Positions 60,496 through 64,000 of a stretch of DNA of 64,000 bases are shown here, piece by piece. This DNA comes from the human T2T-CHM13v2.0 reference genome, Homo sapiens. Made by a program: the position numbers and the translations under genes. The notes under the pieces are model-generated. The model was not told where the DNA came from and searched no databases. It saw only the letters and a list, made by a program, of their open reading frames with translations. The stretch lies in assembly GCF_009914755.1 (NCBI RefSeq), contig NC_060929.1. The stretch is one strand, 5' to 3'. Positions within the stretch are counted from its first letter, which is position 1. Each line of letters starts with the position of its first letter.

Positions 60496-60930
60496 ATTGT
60501 TTGAAGTCAGTCTAAGGAGATTATTAACAAGGTTAAAGAGGTTACTATAATAATAGTAAACATAAAATAAACCTAAATATTAAGTTATCTGATTAAAATA
60601 AAATAATGTAATGCCCTTTTGACATTTTTAGAAATTTCCAGAAAGGGATATGTGTAGTGCCTTAATATGGCAAGGCTTATACTTAAGCTTTCTTATACTT
60701 GCTTCATAGTCTTTCCAAAGACTAGTCAGTTGATGTCCAATCATTAATGACAATTTACAGATAAATAACAAATTTATACCTCCAGATTTCATGTACTTCT
60801 CAAAATCTACTCCTATATAGTCAAGTGACTATTAAAGATCACTACTTCAATATCTGAAAGTCATATCAAACTCAATCCATTCATCATAAAACTGGACCAT
60901 TTCTGTTTCACACCTTTGTATTAAGATACT

Positions 60931-61934
60931 ACTTTGTCTTGTTACATAGATCAGTAATGCATCATCCTTGATATCTCTAGCATTAATCCAAGTATCTATA
61001 TTATAACACATCCACTGTCAATCATCTATATTCAAATAAAAGCCATTCCTTTCATGTGCACAATAAGCCTCATTCACTCTAGCTTGCACATGGCAAATAT
61101 ATTGGGTTTTGTTGTTTTTTGTTGTTGTTGTTTTGTTCCTTTCACAATTGTTATTAGCATGGCAGGTAATTTTATTTTTCTACTTTTAAACAATCAAACA
61201 AACCTCAATGTCATTTCTAGGTACTGCTTATTACACAAATCCTCTTACAGTAAAATTCCTTGAAAGAGTTGTCTATTTGTGAAGGGCTCAATTTCTTTTC
61301 TCCCTTTCCCTCCTGAACCAATTTCAGTGAAGGGATTTTGTCTCTCTCCATTTCCCTGCAACTGCTCTGTCAATGACCTTATGGCCCTCCACATTGCTAA
61401 GTCCAGTGGCCATTTCCCAGGCTTCATTTCAGTCATCATCAGCGTTTGAAAGAGATGATCACACATTCTTCCGCTCGAAACACTCTCCTCACTTGGTTTT
61501 CACACCACACACCTCTTTTGTTTTTCTCCTCTTTCACCACTAATTTTCAGTGTTCTTCACTGAATTCTCCTTTTGGCATGACTGTTAATGTTGCACTGGG
61601 CTCAACTCTTTTTTTAACATATTTTTAAAAGTCTGTATACAAACTTCATAGGTGATTCTATCCAGTTCCATGGTTTTTAATACCATCAATATGCTGATGA
61701 CCTCCAAGGTTGTATCTCTAAACTAGCTGTCTCCTCTGAACTCCGGATTCAAGCATGCAATTGTTATTATGTTATCTTTATGTGAATAGCTTATAAACAC
61801 AGCAATATTGCTCAGAAAAGTCCTCCCAGCTCGACTGAGATGATCATTCTCTTAATTATATGCTTTCATACAATCATGTCCTTTGTCTTATAAGTATGTA
61901 ATTTTTCTATTCTTACCTATTAGACTCTAATCTA
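60931..61934 (+). repeat. Left arm of a ~1 kb inverted duplication (largely L2-derived)
   Basis: Reverse complement of 62964-63980; mirrored ORFs in the track (61054+/63646-, 61245-/63417+, 61446+/63237-); L2 motif ccatggtttttaataccatcaatatgctgatgacctcc. Confidence 0.95.
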
Positions 61935-62797
61935 CTAAAGAGTATGGATCTATCTGATTATTCTTTTAATATATAATATAAATTCGTACAACAATAGCCA
62001 TCACATAGGATGTGCTAAATAATTATTTGTAAAATAATGTAGTAAATGAATTTAATAACTTATTTTAAAAAAAATAAGATTCCCTTTGTGTTTCAGAATA
62101 AAATATGCTAAAAAATAAAAATTTAGAACAATTATTTACTATTTTGAGGATAAGTTACAATTAAATGCAGAGTTGAATAATGGGTTCCTTAATTTTGTAT
62201 TGATATATTTTCCAGAATTGGGTCTGTGGTAAGCATTAGAAACGTGTTTACTAATATATAATTATTTTACATGCATCATACATAGATAAGTGAAAAATAG
62301 ATGGTAAAATTATGTTATGGTTAAATTTTAAAAACATTTATATTTCATATTAAAGAAATTGAAATCCAGTGCTATAAAACAATTTGCCAAGATTATACAA
62401 AGCATTTATGACAGAGCAGAGACTAGAACCTAGATGATTTCTTTCTAAAATGAATCATTTATTAAGAAGTGAAGCCTAATGGTTTTGGAAAATAATCCCA
62501 CAGTAAAATGTTTATTAAAAAAAGATAGCAACAATAAAAACAAACAATAGTAATTTGAAAAATACTTAGAAATTTAAATGTGATGTATCTGCACTAAAGA
62601 TCTTGGCAGAGATCTTTGTCTCCCTACACTAATGTCCTTTCACCCCTTCCATCTTAGTAACAATAACCCTGTACTTCAGAATGTAGTAATGCTCCAAGTT
62701 AATAGAATATACATCCCTGTCTCTCTTGTCGGTAGATGTGAAATTGTGACTAATTCTTACTAATCTGATATAAGCAAAAATTGTTCAGTAAGTTTCC

Positions 62798-62963
62798 TGG
62801 TATGTTTGTACTGCTACAACAAGATACCTGAGACTGGGCAATTTACAAAGAACAGAAATTTAATTCTCACGGTATTGGGAAGGTCAACATTGAGGAGCCA
62901 GTATCTTGTGAGGGCCTTCTTGTTGTATGCTCCAGAGGGGAGGAACACCGTGTCCTTACATGA
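62798..62963 (-). mobile_element. MST-type MaLR LTR, truncated by the inverted duplication
   Basis: ctgctacaacaagatacctgagactgggcaatttacaaagaacagaaattt...gtgagggccttctt...tgtccttacatg, then an abrupt switch into the duplicated arm. Confidence 0.8.
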
Positions 62964-63980
62964 TAGATTACAGTCTAATAAGTAAAAATAGAAAAAAATA
63001 TATATACATATAGGACAAAGAACATGATTACATGAAAGCATATAATTAAGAGAACGATCATGTTCAGTCTAGTTGGGAGGACGTTTCTGAGCTAGGTTGA
63101 TGTGTCTATAAGCTATCCACATAAAGATAACATAGTAACTATTGCATGCTTGAATCTGGAGTTCAGAGGAGACAGCTAGTTTAGAGATACAACTTTGGAG
63201 GTCATCAGCATATTGATGATATTAAAAACCATGAAACTAGATAGAATCACCTACGAAGTTTGTATACAGACTTTTAAAAATAAATAAATAAAAAAGAGTT
63301 GAACCCAGTGCAACATTAACAGTCAGGCCAAAAGGACAATTCAGTGAAGAACACTGAAAATTAGTGGTGAAAGAAGAGAAAAACAAAAGAGGTGTCTGGC
63401 ATGAAAACCAAGTAAGGTGAGGGTTTCGCGAGGAAGAATGTGTGATCATCTCTTTCAAATGTTCCTGATGATGACTGAAATGAAGCCTGGGAAATGGCCA
63501 CCGGACTTAGCAATGTGGAGGGCCATAAGGTCATTGACAGAGCAGTTGCAGAGAAACGGAGAGAGAGACAAAATCCCTTCACTGAAATCGGTTCAGGAGA
63601 GAAAGGGAGAAAGGAAATTGAGCCCTTCACAAATAGACAACTCTTTCAAGGAATTTTACCATGAGAGGATTTGTGTAATAAGCAGTATCTAGAAATGGCA
63701 TTGAGGTTTGTTTGATTGTTTAAAAGTAGAAAAATAAAATTACCTGCCATGCTAATAACAACTGTGAAAGGGACAAAACAACAACAACAAAAAACAACAA
63801 CAAAACCCAATATATTTGCCATGTGCAAGCTGAATGAATGAGGCTTATTGTGCACATGAAAGGAATGGCTTTTATTTGAATATAGATGATTGACAGTGGA
63901 TGTGTTATAATATAGATACTTGGATTAAAGCGAGAGATATCAAGGATGATGCATTACTGATCTATGTAACAAGACAAAGT
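62964..63980 (-). repeat. Right arm of the ~1 kb inverted duplication
   Basis: tagattacagtctaata...tctatgtaacaagacaaagt is the reverse complement of 60931-61934, ~93% identical by hand count. Confidence 0.95.
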
Positions 63981-64000
63981 GATGTCTTTGTTCTTATTGT

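Noticed and set aside
61054-63855. Pairs of near-identical ORFs on opposite strands suggesting a duplicated gene
   Set aside because: By-product of the inverted duplication of L2-derived DNA; short, frames differ between arms, no splice or promoter context

Overview
64 kb of AT-rich primate (almost certainly human or ape) non-coding DNA, intergenic or deep intronic. I find no credible protein-coding exon, CpG island, tRNA, rRNA or CRISPR array; the ORF track is explained by antisense Alu, L1/L2/LTR remnants, microsatellites and chance. The window is dense in repeats (16 Alus, many L1 fragments, L2, MaLR/MLT, MER4 and MER11 LTRs, MITEs). Points of note: (1) a ~1 kb + 1 kb inverted duplication with a ~1 kb spacer at 60931-63980 whose arm identity rises from ~87% inside to ~96% outside; (2) a two-LTR, TSD-bounded, internally mosaic ERV1-type provirus at 2389-8917; (3) a 5'-truncated nucleolin (NCL) retrocopy at ~45887-46218; (4) a 34-nt U2 snRNA pseudogene with a 15-bp TSD; (5) three twin-primed (5'-inverted) L1s and one L1 ending in a fold-back hairpin instead of poly(A); (6) unique, motif-dense stretches that may be conserved enhancers. 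Repeat family names come from memory of consensus sequences; identities are hand counts and boundaries of old repeats are approximate.
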